A DNA stretch of 64,000 bases. It comes from an uncultured Erythrobacter sp. Its GTDB lineage: Bacteria; Pseudomonadota; Alphaproteobacteria; Sphingomonadales; Sphingomonadaceae. The number at the start of each line of letters is the position of its first letter. Position 1 is the first letter of the stretch. Below the pieces are notes generated by a model, which was not told where the DNA came from, made no database searches, and saw only the letters and a program-made list of their open reading frames with translations. Position numbers and translations under genes: made by a program. Where the stretch lies: assembly GCA_937969505.1 (NCBI GenBank), contig CALBWA010000010.1:11184-75183 (forward strand), read 5' to 3'. Of the stretch, positions 8,688-18,698 are shown piece by piece.

Positions 8688-11468
8688 CTAGATGTCGAAA
8701 CCCCAGCGGCGATAGGTTGCCGCCAGATCAGGCGCGCGGGCCAACGCATCGCGGATGTCTGCCCTTCCCCCCTCATCGCCCTGCTCGATCCGTATCAAAC
8801 CGCGCAGCAGAACCGATTCGCTCAATCCGGGGTTCAGGTTCAGGCCCGCCTCAATATCCGACAAGGCCGCATCCAACTGGCCGCTGCGCAAAAACATCAT
8901 TGCCCGGCTGTCGAGAATGGACGCTGCCTTGCCGCTGTTTTCAACCGCCCGCGTACAAACCGACAGACCCTCTTCCGGGTCAAGATTCCACGTCGCCATG
9001 TACCAGCATTTGTTGTTGAGCAGTTCGGACGTGTTCGGATCATCTGCCAGCAAATCATCAAACCGCAGCAGACCTGTGGCGGTATCGCCCGACAAAGCGT
9101 CGATCTCAGCGAGGATGTATTCCAGTTCCCGACGCACCTGCTCATCACCGTCTTCATACTCGGCAATGTCCCGCGCCTCTTCCAGCCTGCCAGCATTGAC
9201 CAATTCTCGCGCAAGATAGATGCCGCGCCAGGCTGTGGGGTCTAGCGCATAGGCTTCCTGCAGGTCGGCGACGCTTGCGTCCTGATCAAGCAGCTTGGCA
9301 TGCACGCTTGAACGTTGACCGTAATAGGCCGCTGTAGGCTCCAGCTCCAGAACCTTGTTCATGTCGGCCAGTGCACCGGCAAAATCGAACGTGTCATAAC
9401 GGAAGGCCGCTCGCTTGAGATAGCTGTTCGCCTCTTCCGGGTCATCCGCAATCAGGCGGGCGAACGCATTTTCCAGCGGTTCAAGCGCGCTGCGGTCGCT
9501 CTGCTGGGCATAGCGCCAGCGCCGCTGCAACCCCTGATCGGCCACCAGCTTGGTTTGTTCGCGGGCCAAAATGGCCGCAGCGCGGCGTTCTGCGCGGAAA
9601 TCATCCGGCGCAATTTCGCCGCCGCGACTGATCCGGGTTTCGGTAACGTTGATCCCACCATCCTGAAGCACCGCGTCAAAAATATACTGCGATCCGGCAA
9701 CTTGCGTGTCGATTTTGGGTGCGCCACGAAATTCGTAAAACGTACCGTCCTGCGGAAGCAGCGCGCGCATGCTGATCTCGGCAGCGTTGGCCTGGCCGAT
9801 GGCGACGGGAAGGTCGCGCCAATCTGGCCGTGAACGGTCAGGGGCAAAGGTCAGACCGGAAGCCATGGTCGAAAGCTTCATTTCCGCCCGGGTGCCATCA
9901 AACTCGAAGACCGGATCGGCGATCCCGGTGACGATCAAACTGGCCTCGCTATCATCGTTTCCTTTGACGATCTCGACATCGATCACGCTCATGCCCCGTG
10001 CGGACCGTTGGCCCATTTGCCGTCTGCGCTCATCGGTCAGCTTGTCAGCCTGGGCGTTAAGATTGGCACCGGATGGTCCCACAAAGGTCATTTCCATGGT
10101 GGCAAGTCCCGGCAAGTCGACACCAGCCGATGCGTCGACCGACAAAGCCATCTTCACGTCAGGATACCGCGGTAGCACTTGCTCGATCGGCTCCAGCTCT
10201 GCCCCGGCCGCTTTGATCGGCAGGACGTATTCAAAAGGCGGGACATTGCCTACCACCTTGATATTTGCCCCCAGCGATGTGCCGTCGAGATAATATTCCT
10301 GCCCATCGATCCTCGCCCGAACCAGCACGTGATCGAATGCGCCCGGGATAGGCAGAGAGATTGGCACGGCTCCACCCGCCGAGATGGATGCCAGAACAGG
10401 TTCGGCTTCAATCCCCAGATCGTGCAACATCGCGAGCAGGATCAGCGTCTTGGCTTTGCAATCGCCATACTTCTTGTCCCAGGTCGTCGCCACATCCTGA
10501 GGCAAGTAATTGCCGCCATCCAGCCCATTGAGCAGATAACGGATGTCTTCTTGCACCAGCTCCAGCGCGGCCACTGCGCGTTCCAGATCGGTTGCGTAAC
10601 CGGTTCGGATCTCCTCGATTTCCGCTTTCAGATCGTCCAGCTCGTCGAGCTGGCCACCGGTTTCGTAATAGGGCGCCATGATGCTGGACACTTCGGCCCA
10701 ATCCTCGAACGTACCCATTTCCAGCAAAGTGCCCCGGCGATAGCGCAAGGGTGCATCAAACGGCATGTCTTCTGCTTCCTCAAGCGGGAGCTTAACTTCA
10801 AGCCAATTGTAGCCACCCTGCTGCGTCACCGAAGACAATTCGTAATTGGGGCCCGCTTTGTACCGGACATCAAGATCATCGGGCCAGGAAGCCAGTATGC
10901 GCGCATAATCGGCAAATTTTTGCGGCTCGCGATAGAGGTAGCTGATGCTTTGAACGTCATCGCCCAGCGCCTGGTCCGATGTTGTCACTGAAAAGCGCAT
11001 GCGCAATTCATCGCCCACTTCCAACCCGGGCACCGCAAGTGTTGCGGTAAGCGAGCCGTCCAATATGCGCTGTTCCAACTGCTGCTCACGGCGCAGAACT
11101 TCCATCACTTCGCCCTGCTCGACCAGATCTATTGTCTCGCCATCGCGCTGGATGCTGATTTCGTGGACAATCAGATCGCCCTTATCGGGCAGCCATTGCG
11201 CAGTCAGCGTGCCCATGTTGGACAGATCGGACAGGCTACCGACGCGATAGATCAGATCGCTGTAATTCCAGTGCAGCCCTTCCTCGATGCGGATCTGCGT
11301 ATCGCTGACGATCTGGGTGTTGCTCAGCTCAGGCTCGATCTGGGACCGGTCAACCGGGGCAATCCATTCAGGAGCAGGCTCGTACAGGGGTTCATCCCCG
11401 GCATGCGCAATTGCCGAGCAAGACAACGCTACAATGGAAACAGCCGTACGCGAAAAATAAAATTTCAT
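8688..11468 (-). CDS. Secreted DUF3857 / transglutaminase-like / TPR protein
   Basis: Signal peptide MKFYFSRTAVSIVALSCSAIAHA, GDCKAK / FDHV / YLDGT Cys-His-Asp triad, and C-terminal TPR-like repeats. Confidence 0.8.
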   Translation of the reverse strand: MKFYFSRTAVSIVALSCSAIAHAGDEPLYEPAPEWIAPVDRSQIEPELSNTQIVSDTQIRIEEGLHWNYSDLIYRVGSLSDLSNMGTLTAQWLPDKGDLIVHEISIQRDGETIDLVEQGEVMEVLRREQQLEQRILDGSLTATLAVPGLEVGDELRMRFSVTTSDQALGDDVQSISYLYREPQKFADYARILASWPDDLDVRYKAGPNYELSSVTQQGGYNWLEVKLPLEEAEDMPFDAPLRYRRGTLLEMGTFEDWAEVSSIMAPYYETGGQLDELDDLKAEIEEIRTGYATDLERAVAALELVQEDIRYLLNGLDGGNYLPQDVATTWDKKYGDCKAKTLILLAMLHDLGIEAEPVLASISAGGAVPISLPIPGAFDHVLVRARIDGQEYYLDGTSLGANIKVVGNVPPFEYVLPIKAAGAELEPIEQVLPRYPDVKMALSVDASAGVDLPGLATMEMTFVGPSGANLNAQADKLTDERRRQMGQRSARGMSVIDVEIVKGNDDSEASLIVTGIADPVFEFDGTRAEMKLSTMASGLTFAPDRSRPDWRDLPVAIGQANAAEISMRALLPQDGTFYEFRGAPKIDTQVAGSQYIFDAVLQDGGINVTETRISRGGEIAPDDFRAERRAAAILAREQTKLVADQGLQRRWRYAQQSDRSALEPLENAFARLIADDPEEANSYLKRAAFRYDTFDFAGALADMNKVLELEPTAAYYGQRSSVHAKLLDQDASVADLQEAYALDPTAWRGIYLARELVNAGRLEEARDIAEYEDGDEQVRRELEYILAEIDALSGDTATGLLRFDDLLADDPNTSELLNNKCWYMATWNLDPEEGLSVCTRAVENSGKAASILDSRAMMFLRSGQLDAALSDIEAGLNLNPGLSESVLLRGLIRIEQGDEGGRADIRDALARAPDLAATYRRWGFDI

Positions 11469-11628
11469 ACAAAGGACCCGGATCGATTGGAATTGGTCCA
11501 AGAGTATATTGCAGGCCAATGTTGTCAAACAGGAAACAAGTGCAAAATGATACAATTGCATCAAGCAGATAGTCTGGCACTCAAAGCATATGCATAAATC
11601 GGCCAAGTGAAAACACGGCCAGCCGCCC

Positions 11629-13797
11629 TTAGCTACTCTTGCCGCCGGTTATCAGACGCACACCTGAATGGCTGGCAAAGAAATTCCACACCCAGTTCAT
11701 CACAACGGCCGCGCGATTGCGCGCACCGGTCAGGAAACCGACGTGGATAACCCCCCACAGCCACCAGGCAGGCGCGCCGGACATCTTCCATCTGCCAATA
11801 TCGGCCACCGCGGATTTCCGACCAATGGTGGCAAGGCTGCCACGATGTTTGTAGCGGAACGGTTGCGGCATGTCTTTGCCCAGTAATTCTGCCTGAACGA
11901 CTTTGGCAACGTAACCACCGGCCTGTTTTGCTGCTGGTGCCAATCCGGGAACCTGATCACCGTCCCATGCAGAGCTGGCAGCGGTGTCTCCGATAACAAA
12001 TACGTTTTCCGAGCCCTGAAGGCGCAGATATTCGTCTACGACTACCCGGCCCGAACCGTCGGCCTCGGCGCTCAGCCATTGTGCTGCCGGGGATGCAACA
12101 ACGCCTGCAGCCCATAGAACGGTTTCCGTGTCGATCCGCGCATCATCGCCAATTTGAACGTGGTCGCTGGCAATATGGGTCACTCGTGAATCCGTCCGTA
12201 TTTCGACCCCGAGACATTCAAGCGACGCAGCTGCCTTGTGCGACAGTTCTTCCGGGAATTGCGGCAATATCCGCGGTCCTGACTGGACCAGGACAACCCG
12301 CGCACTGGCCGGATCAATCGTGCGGAATTCTCGTGCCACGCTGACCCGGGCTAGCTCGGCAATTGCGCCTGCCAGTTCCACGCCGGTCGGCCCCGCCCCG
12401 ACGATAACGAAGTTCAGCAATCGCCGAATGCGATCTTCGTCGTTGCTGGCTTCGGCCTGTTCAAATGCGTTCAGGATCGCGCCGCGCACCGACACGCCAT
12501 CTTCAATGGTTTTGAGGCCTGGCGCGTGCTCGCCCCATTGATCCTTACCAAAATAGCTATGCGACGCCCCCGTTGCGATCACCAGCTTGTCAAACGAAAG
12601 GTGCTGGCCATCCTCGCCAAAAGTGACAATTTGTTCCTGCATGTCGATACCGGTCACACTACCCTTGATCACCCGGACATTGCCATCTTCCTTGAACAGG
12701 GAGCGGATTGGGACGGCGATATCGGCAGGGTTCAGCGTGCCCGAGGCGATTTGATAGAGCAGAGGCTGGAACAGGTGGTAATTGTGCTTGTCCACCAGCG
12801 TGACCCGCACGGGCAGGTTTTTCAGCCGATTGACTGCCGCAAGACCGCCAAAGCCGGCCCCCACCACTACAATGTGCGGCCAGCGATCTGGAATATCCTT
12901 GTACTGACGGTCGAACAGGACATTGCGTTCCATCCAGCTGCCAAACGCGCCATCAATCGACAATACGCCTGGCCCGCGCCCGTCATAGATCGCCAGCAAC
13001 AAAACGGGATACAGCGTGATGTCCGGGTGCGCGCCGGTAATGACCACTGCACCAATTGCCAGAAACATCGCAAAGGCCATAAGGCTGGTCATCCAGCCAA
13101 CAACCAGCATGCCAGCAAAAATTGCGATCAGCCAGTCCGGCAATCCGGCAAAGCTGCCAATGGGAAGCCATGTCGCGAGGGCAATGGAGGGCTCAAAACC
13201 GCCCACCGCTGCGATCATGGCCAGTGCCAGCCACAGTCTGATGCCAAGCATGACTATCGGGGCAACCTTTTCCCTCAAGAAGTCGCTGGCTGTTGCCAAT
13301 TGCGGAGCCATTGGCACTGCGCTGTTACGCATGCCGGACGAAAGAAAACGATCCAAAGAGAAGCCGCCTGGTCCATATAAGGCATACCAGGCCAGCATGG
13401 CGATCAGGAACAGATTGGTTGTGGTGGGTATATAATAGATTTGCGCGATCACCGTCAGCGTGCCCATCGCAATTGCTGCCGGTCTGGTCATCAGGCCCAG
13501 CACCAACAGAGCAGGCCCAATCAATTCAATCCCGATGCCCAATGCAGCCGCGGTTGTCGGCTCCATCCAGTCTACCGGATACTCCTGTGTCGCAAGCAAC
13601 ACTGCTGTGTCCCAATTGGTGAATTTCACCAGGCCAGACCGGATGAAGAATTGAGCAATCGCCAGCCGCACAAACAGGTCCGTAAACGGCCACATCAGCT
13701 CTGCACCGCCACTGTACAACTTTGCCCAGCGCCTCAGGGTCACCCGGACAAAAGGTGGATAGCGTTCTTCGAACAGGGGTTGCGCTTTTTTGTTCAT
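11629..13797 (-). CDS. DoxX-domain / type II NADH dehydrogenase fusion protein
   Basis: Residues ~30-290 are two DoxX-like membrane units (RLAIA.FF..SG..K, GPG.FSLD, GPG.LSID). The C-terminus is NDH-2-like (VVGAGFGG, FQPLLYQ, VGAGPTGVELAG, FVIGD, YKHRGSLATIGR). Confidence 0.85.
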   Translation of the reverse strand: MNKKAQPLFEERYPPFVRVTLRRWAKLYSGGAELMWPFTDLFVRLAIAQFFIRSGLVKFTNWDTAVLLATQEYPVDWMEPTTAAALGIGIELIGPALLVLGLMTRPAAIAMGTLTVIAQIYYIPTTTNLFLIAMLAWYALYGPGGFSLDRFLSSGMRNSAVPMAPQLATASDFLREKVAPIVMLGIRLWLALAMIAAVGGFEPSIALATWLPIGSFAGLPDWLIAIFAGMLVVGWMTSLMAFAMFLAIGAVVITGAHPDITLYPVLLLAIYDGRGPGVLSIDGAFGSWMERNVLFDRQYKDIPDRWPHIVVVGAGFGGLAAVNRLKNLPVRVTLVDKHNYHLFQPLLYQIASGTLNPADIAVPIRSLFKEDGNVRVIKGSVTGIDMQEQIVTFGEDGQHLSFDKLVIATGASHSYFGKDQWGEHAPGLKTIEDGVSVRGAILNAFEQAEASNDEDRIRRLLNFVIVGAGPTGVELAGAIAELARVSVAREFRTIDPASARVVLVQSGPRILPQFPEELSHKAAASLECLGVEIRTDSRVTHIASDHVQIGDDARIDTETVLWAAGVVASPAAQWLSAEADGSGRVVVDEYLRLQGSENVFVIGDTAASSAWDGDQVPGLAPAAKQAGGYVAKVVQAELLGKDMPQPFRYKHRGSLATIGRKSAVADIGRWKMSGAPAWWLWGVIHVGFLTGARNRAAVVMNWVWNFFASHSGVRLITGGKSS

Positions 13798-13945
13798 CTG
13801 CCGATCCTTACCCTAAAGTTCGTCCGGACGGCAGCTTTGTTACACTTATCCGCCAAGATCGAGACCTTGCAGGCTATACCACCCTTGCAATCGCGCTGGT
13901 CTGGCAATAGCCGCTCATCACAATTTCCCGAAGCTTGGAGTCACT

Positions 13946-15256
13946 ATGGTCCCCCGTTACGCCCGCCCCGCCATGACCGCCCTGTGGGAGCCTGAGGCGA
14001 AATACCGCATCTGGTTCGAGATCGAGGCGCATGCGACCGAAAAACTGGGCGAGCTGGGCGTGGTCCCGCAAAGCGCTGCCAAGGCGCTGTGGGATTGGTG
14101 GGCAACCGATCCGGTGATCGATGTCGAAGCGATCGACGCGATCGAGGCTGTCACCAAACATGATGTGATTGCTTTCCTGACCTGGGTTGCCGAACAAGTG
14201 GGTGACGAGGCGCGCTTCATGCATCAGGGCATGACCAGCTCTGACGTGCTCGACACCACGCTGGCGGTGCAATTGGCACGCGCGACCGACATTCTGCTGG
14301 AAGACCTCGACGGGCTGCTCGCCGCGCTCCAGCGCCGCGCACAAGAGCACAAATACACCCCCACCATCGGACGCAGCCACGGCATCCATGCCGAACCGGT
14401 CACGTTTGGCCTCAAGCTGGCCCAGGCCTATGCCGAATTTGACCGCTGCAAAACGCGCCTGATCGCTGCCCGCGAGGAAATCGCCACATGCGCGATTTCT
14501 GGCGCCGTTGGCACCTTTGCCAATATTGACCCAAGCGTGGAGGCGCATGTCGCCGAAAAGCTGGGGCTATCGGTGGAGCCAATTTCCACCCAGGTGATCC
14601 CGCGCGATCGGCACGCCATGTATTTCAGCGTTCTGGCGGTGATTGCCAGCTCAATGGAGCGGCTTGCGGTTGAAGTGCGCCATCTGCAACGGACCGAAGT
14701 GCTGGAGGCTGAAGAGTATTTCTCCCCCGGGCAGAAGGGTTCATCGGCCATGCCGCACAAACGCAACCCGATCCTGACGGAAAACCTGACTGGCCAGGCC
14801 CGCATGATCCGCAGCTATGCCCTGCCCGCGCTGGAAAATGTCGCGCTGTGGCACGAGCGCGACATTTCGCACTCGTCAGTCGAGCGCTTCATCGGGCCCG
14901 ATGCAACGATCACGCTCGATTTTGCGCTCGCTCGCCTGACCGGAGTGGTCGACAAATTGCTGATCTATCCTGAACGCATGCAGGCCAATATGGACCGGAT
15001 GGGCGGCCTCATCCATTCCCAGCGGGTGTTGCTGGCGCTGACCCAGAACGGTGTCAGCCGCGAGGATGCCTATCGTCTGGTCCAGCGCAATGCGATGAAA
15101 GTGTGGGAATCCGATGGTCGGCTGATGCTGCTCGATCTGCTCAAGCAGGATGAAGAAGTCACCGCAGCCCTCAGCAATGCCGAGCTGGAGGAGCGGTTTG
15201 ATCTGGGATACCATTTCAAGCAGGTCGATACGATATTTGACCGTGTGTTTGGCTGA
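13946..15256 (+). CDS. purB: Adenylosuccinate lyase
   Basis: TKHDVIAF, GRSHGIHAEP and the fumarate-lyase signature GSSAMPHKRNP. Confidence 0.97.
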   Translation: MVPRYARPAMTALWEPEAKYRIWFEIEAHATEKLGELGVVPQSAAKALWDWWATDPVIDVEAIDAIEAVTKHDVIAFLTWVAEQVGDEARFMHQGMTSSDVLDTTLAVQLARATDILLEDLDGLLAALQRRAQEHKYTPTIGRSHGIHAEPVTFGLKLAQAYAEFDRCKTRLIAAREEIATCAISGAVGTFANIDPSVEAHVAEKLGLSVEPISTQVIPRDRHAMYFSVLAVIASSMERLAVEVRHLQRTEVLEAEEYFSPGQKGSSAMPHKRNPILTENLTGQARMIRSYALPALENVALWHERDISHSSVERFIGPDATITLDFALARLTGVVDKLLIYPERMQANMDRMGGLIHSQRVLLALTQNGVSREDAYRLVQRNAMKVWESDGRLMLLDLLKQDEEVTAALSNAELEERFDLGYHFKQVDTIFDRVFG

Positions 15257-15282
15257 CCAAACGGGGCCGGATGCAGTCCCGC

Positions 15283-15315
15283 ATGGCACGCCGTCATCAA
15301 AAGGTGGCGTGCCAT
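15283..15315 (+). terminator. Stem-loop downstream of purB
   Basis: ATGGCACGCC pairs with GGCGTGCCAT (10-bp perfect stem); the U tail is weak. Confidence 0.5.
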
Positions 15316-15384
15316 CTCTTGGCCTGACCGGCAAAACCGCCTAGTCTGGGCAATCAGATAACAGCGTCGCAGGGGAATGACGGA

Positions 15385-15753
15385 ATGCAGGTAGTAAGAA
15401 CATTGGTCTGGGCGCTGATTTTGTTCGGCTTGCTGGCCTTCTCCTTTTTCAACTGGGACCCGGTCGAAGTCACCTTGTGGGACAATTTCGTCCTTGAAAC
15501 CAAGGTGCCAGCTCTGGTCATCATCTCCTTCCTGCTCGGCCTGACTCCGATGTATCTGATCCATCGCGGGGTCAAATGGCGCTTGAACCGGCGCATCATG
15601 TCGCTGGAGAACGCTGCCCGCTCGAGCGCGCTCTCGCGTCACGAGCCCAGCACTGCACCCGCCGCTGCTCCGGCCGCATCGCCCGTGCCCGCGCCAACAC
15701 CCACTGTTGAGCCGACCAGTAACGACGATACTCTCAACCCCACGAAAGACTGA
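15385..15753 (+). CDS. lapA: LapA-domain small membrane protein
   Basis: Two TM helices around FSFFNWDPVEVTLW and a Pro-rich tail; positioned upstream of pyrF as usual. Confidence 0.7.
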   Translation: MQVVRTLVWALILFGLLAFSFFNWDPVEVTLWDNFVLETKVPALVIISFLLGLTPMYLIHRGVKWRLNRRIMSLENAARSSALSRHEPSTAPAAAPAASPVPAPTPTVEPTSNDDTLNPTKD

Positions 15754-15760
15754 ATACCCA

Positions 15761-16438
15761 ATGAGCAACCCTGTCTATCTCGCTCTTGATGTGCCGCAAC
15801 TGGATGCGGCCAAGGCGCTGCTGGACAAGGTGAAGGCCCATATTGGCGGGGTCAAACTGGGGTTGGAATTCTTCTGCGCTCACGGTGCGCACGGCGTGCA
15901 TGAAATCGCCCACAGCGCGAACATTCCGATCTTTCTCGACCTGAAGCTGCATGACATTCCCAACACTGTTGCAGGAGCGATGCAGGCGATCCACGTGCTG
16001 GAACCGGCAATCGTGACCATCCACGCCTCCGGCGGCAGGGCGATGATGGAAGATGCCAAGGCAGCCGCAGCAGAAGGCACCAAGGTTGTCGCCGTGACCA
16101 TGCTGACCAGCATGGACGAGCGCGACCTGCAACGCACTGGCATATCCGGCACCCCACATGATCAGGTGATGCGTCTTGCCGAACTGGCCGAAGCGTCTGG
16201 ACTGGATGGCATTGTGTGTTCAGGACAGGAAGTCGCCAGCGTCCACCAGCAATGGAAGAAGGGTTTCTTTGTCGTACCCGGCCTGCGCCCTGCTGGCAGC
16301 GCGGTGGGCGACCAGAAACGCGTGGTCACGCCGCGCCAAGCGCGCGATGATGGCGCCAGCGTTCTGGTGATTGGCCGCCCGATCAGCCGCGCAGATGATC
16401 CTGCCGCTGCAGCCCGCGCGATCGAGGCAACACTCTAG
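15761..16438 (+). CDS. pyrF: Orotidine-5'-phosphate decarboxylase
   Basis: YLALD, VKLGLEF, FLDLKLHDIPNT, VVPGLRP and LVIGRPI motifs. Confidence 0.97.
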   Translation: MSNPVYLALDVPQLDAAKALLDKVKAHIGGVKLGLEFFCAHGAHGVHEIAHSANIPIFLDLKLHDIPNTVAGAMQAIHVLEPAIVTIHASGGRAMMEDAKAAAAEGTKVVAVTMLTSMDERDLQRTGISGTPHDQVMRLAELAEASGLDGIVCSGQEVASVHQQWKKGFFVVPGLRPAGSAVGDQKRVVTPRQARDDGASVLVIGRPISRADDPAAAARAIEATL

Positions 16439-16447
16439 GTTCCCATC

Positions 16448-17083
16448 ATGACCCGAACACTGATCAAGATTTGCGGGCTATCCACGCCCGAAACCGTGGA
16501 CGCAGCGGTGGATGCCGGCGCAACCCATGTGGGGCTGGTGCATTTTGAGCCAAGCCCGCGCCATATATCGTTCGAAGATGCGGCAACTCTGCGCCGCCGC
16601 GTGCCTGATCATGTGAAGGTTGTGCTGCTCACCTCCAATGCAGAGATCCCCGTGCTGGCCAGGGGGATCGAGACCGTACGGCCCGACATTGTCCAGTTCC
16701 ACGGGCGCGAGACGCCGGAATGGATTGCACTGGTGCGCAAGGAAACCGGTGTGGAGGGTTGGAAGGCGCTCGGCTTGAAGGACAAGGGCACTTTGCAGCG
16801 CAGCGCCAAATACAATGGCAAAGTGGACCGCCTGTTGTTCGATGCCCCGGCCAAGGCTTTGCCCGGCGGCAATGGCGAAACCTTTCGCTGGGACCTGCTG
16901 AACGGTCACAAACATGCGGTCGATTGGGGGCTGGCCGGCGGACTTAACCCCGGCAATGTGGCAGACGCCATCCGGGCAACCGGCACGCCTCTGGTTGATG
17001 CGTCCAGCGGTTTGGAAAGCGCACCGGGCGTGAAGGATGTGGACTTGATCCATGCCTTCTGCAAAGCGGCTCTGGAAGCCTGA
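16448..17083 (+). CDS. trpF: Phosphoribosylanthranilate isomerase
   Basis: [20 protein letters not shown] and [14 protein letters not shown] motifs. Confidence 0.96.
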   Translation: MTRTLIKICGLSTPETVDAAVDAGATHVGLVHFEPSPRHISFEDAATLRRRVPDHVKVVLLTSNAEIPVLARGIETVRPDIVQFHGRETPEWIALVRKETGVEGWKALGLKDKGTLQRSAKYNGKVDRLLFDAPAKALPGGNGETFRWDLLNGHKHAVDWGLAGGLNPGNVADAIRATGTPLVDASSGLESAPGVKDVDLIHAFCKAALEA

Positions 17084-17090
17084 GGTATCC

Positions 17091-18305
17091 ATGACTGAAC
17101 AACCCAATTCCTTTAAGAACCAACCGGATGAACGCGGCCATTTTGGCGAATTTGGCGGGCGTTATGTCGCCGAAACGCTGATGCCGTTGATCCTTGATCT
17201 TGAGAAAGAGTATCGCGCCGCTCAGGCTGACCCGGCCTTCAAGGCCGAGTTCGATGATCTGCTCGAACATTATGTCGGCCGCCCTTCCCCGCTTTATTTT
17301 GCAGAGCGGCTGACCGAAGCGCTGGGCGGCGCGCAAATCTGGTTCAAGCGCGACGAGTTGAATCACACCGGCGCGCACAAGATCAACAATTGCATCGGGC
17401 AGATCCTGCTCGCGATCCGCATGGGCAAAACCCGCATTATTGCCGAGACCGGCGCTGGCCAGCACGGCGTTGCCACCGCCACAGTTTGCGCGCGCTTTGG
17501 CCTGCCTTGCGTGATCTACATGGGCGCAGAAGATGTGAAGCGGCAATCGCCCAATGTCTTCCGCATGAAATTGCTGGGTGCAGAAGTTGTCCCCGTCACC
17601 AGCGGCGGCGCGACGTTGAAAGATGCCATGAACGAAGGGCTGCGCGACTGGGTCGCCAATGTGCATGACACATTCTACATCATCGGCACCGCTGCCGGAC
17701 CGCACCCTTACCCTGAACTGGTGCGCGATTTTCAAAGCGTGATTGGCAAGGAAGCGCGCGCGCAAATGCTCGCCCGCGCTGGCCGTCTGCCCGATCTGCT
17801 GATCGCCTGCATTGGTGGGGGATCAAATGCGCTGGGTCTGTTCCACCCTTTCCTAGATGATCCCGATGTAAAAATGCTGGGTGTCGAAGCAGCCGGACAT
17901 GGCCTCGATTGTGATGAGCACGCCGCCAGTCTGCTCGGCGGTGTTCCGGGCATCCTCCACGGCAACAAGACCTATCTGCTGCAGGACGAGGACGGTCAAA
18001 TCACCGAAGGCCACTCGATCAGCGCAGGTCTGGATTACCCCGGTATCGGGCCAGAGCATGCATGGCTGAAAGAATCGGGCCGGGTCGAATACACCGCTGT
18101 GACCGATGAAGAGGCGCTGGACGGGTTCCAGCTGCTGTGCCGGACCGAGGGAATTATCCCCGCGCTTGAGCCCAGCCATGCCATTGCTGCCGTTGCGAAA
18201 CGCGCCAAGGAAATGCCCGAAGATTCGATCATCTTGATGAATCTGTGCGGCCGCGGCGACAAGGACATCTTCACCGTGGCGGAGAAGCTGGGAGTGGAGA
18301 TTTGA
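17091..18305 (+). CDS. trpB: Tryptophan synthase beta chain
   Basis: [11 protein letters not shown] (PLP lysine), AETGAGQHG and [10 protein letters not shown] motifs. Confidence 0.98.
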   Translation: MTEQPNSFKNQPDERGHFGEFGGRYVAETLMPLILDLEKEYRAAQADPAFKAEFDDLLEHYVGRPSPLYFAERLTEALGGAQIWFKRDELNHTGAHKINNCIGQILLAIRMGKTRIIAETGAGQHGVATATVCARFGLPCVIYMGAEDVKRQSPNVFRMKLLGAEVVPVTSGGATLKDAMNEGLRDWVANVHDTFYIIGTAAGPHPYPELVRDFQSVIGKEARAQMLARAGRLPDLLIACIGGGSNALGLFHPFLDDPDVKMLGVEAAGHGLDCDEHAASLLGGVPGILHGNKTYLLQDEDGQITEGHSISAGLDYPGIGPEHAWLKESGRVEYTAVTDEEALDGFQLLCRTEGIIPALEPSHAIAAVAKRAKEMPEDSIILMNLCGRGDKDIFTVAEKLGVEI

Positions 18306-18426
18306 AACCCCTCGCTCGTCATTGCGAGCGCAGCGAAGCAATCCAGAGCAAAGCACGACACGCCTCTGGATTGCCGCGTCGCTTCGCTCCTCGCAATGAC
18401 ACCAAATCGAAGCTGGGAGTGGAGAT
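18284..18426. repeat. 18-bp direct repeat GAAGCTGGGAGTGGAGAT at 18284-18301 and 18409-18426 (duplicated trpB 3' end)
   Basis: Both copies were read directly from the sequence and are identical over 18 nt. Confidence 0.9.
18318..18400. repeat. 83-bp REP/RPE-like palindromic element
   Basis: Outer stem GTCATTGCGAG / CTCGCAATGAC (11 bp) and inner stem GCAATCCAGA / TCTGGATTGC (10 bp). Resembles the GTCATTGCGAG-type palindromic repeats I recall from alphaproteobacteria. Confidence 0.8.
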
Positions 18427-18698
18427 GTGAGTCGTCGGCGAAATCGCTCTCGAAACAACCGAAGATCCGAGCGAAAAACTGCCGCAAGAACAATCAGAAT
18501 CTTTGGTTGGAAGCTACCCTACAAACCTCGCCTTGGCCTATTTTGGCTGACTTTCGGATTCCCTATTTTCTAGGTGTAAGATTGGCTTTCTCCGCAGCTG
18601 CAGATAAGCAGATCGACCTTAGCTATATATTGATATGGGCTGCCATGATGACGATCACATTTGCAGTCTTAGCAACATTCACAAAGTTATTGAAATGA
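18427..18698 (+). pseudogene. Small membrane protein gene split by a one-base frameshift (tentative)
   Basis: ORF 18427-18573 (Arg-rich, then hydrophobic) ends at TAG. The -1 frame continues as a hydrophobic segment to TGA 18696-18698, which overlaps the trpA ATG. Confidence 0.45.

Noticed and set aside
18396-18698. 100-aa ORF from the track treated as one intact gene
   Set aside because: Its N-terminal half reads through the repeat in a non-protein-like frame with no SD. Only the C-terminal half looks coding, so it is reported as part of the frameshifted candidate.
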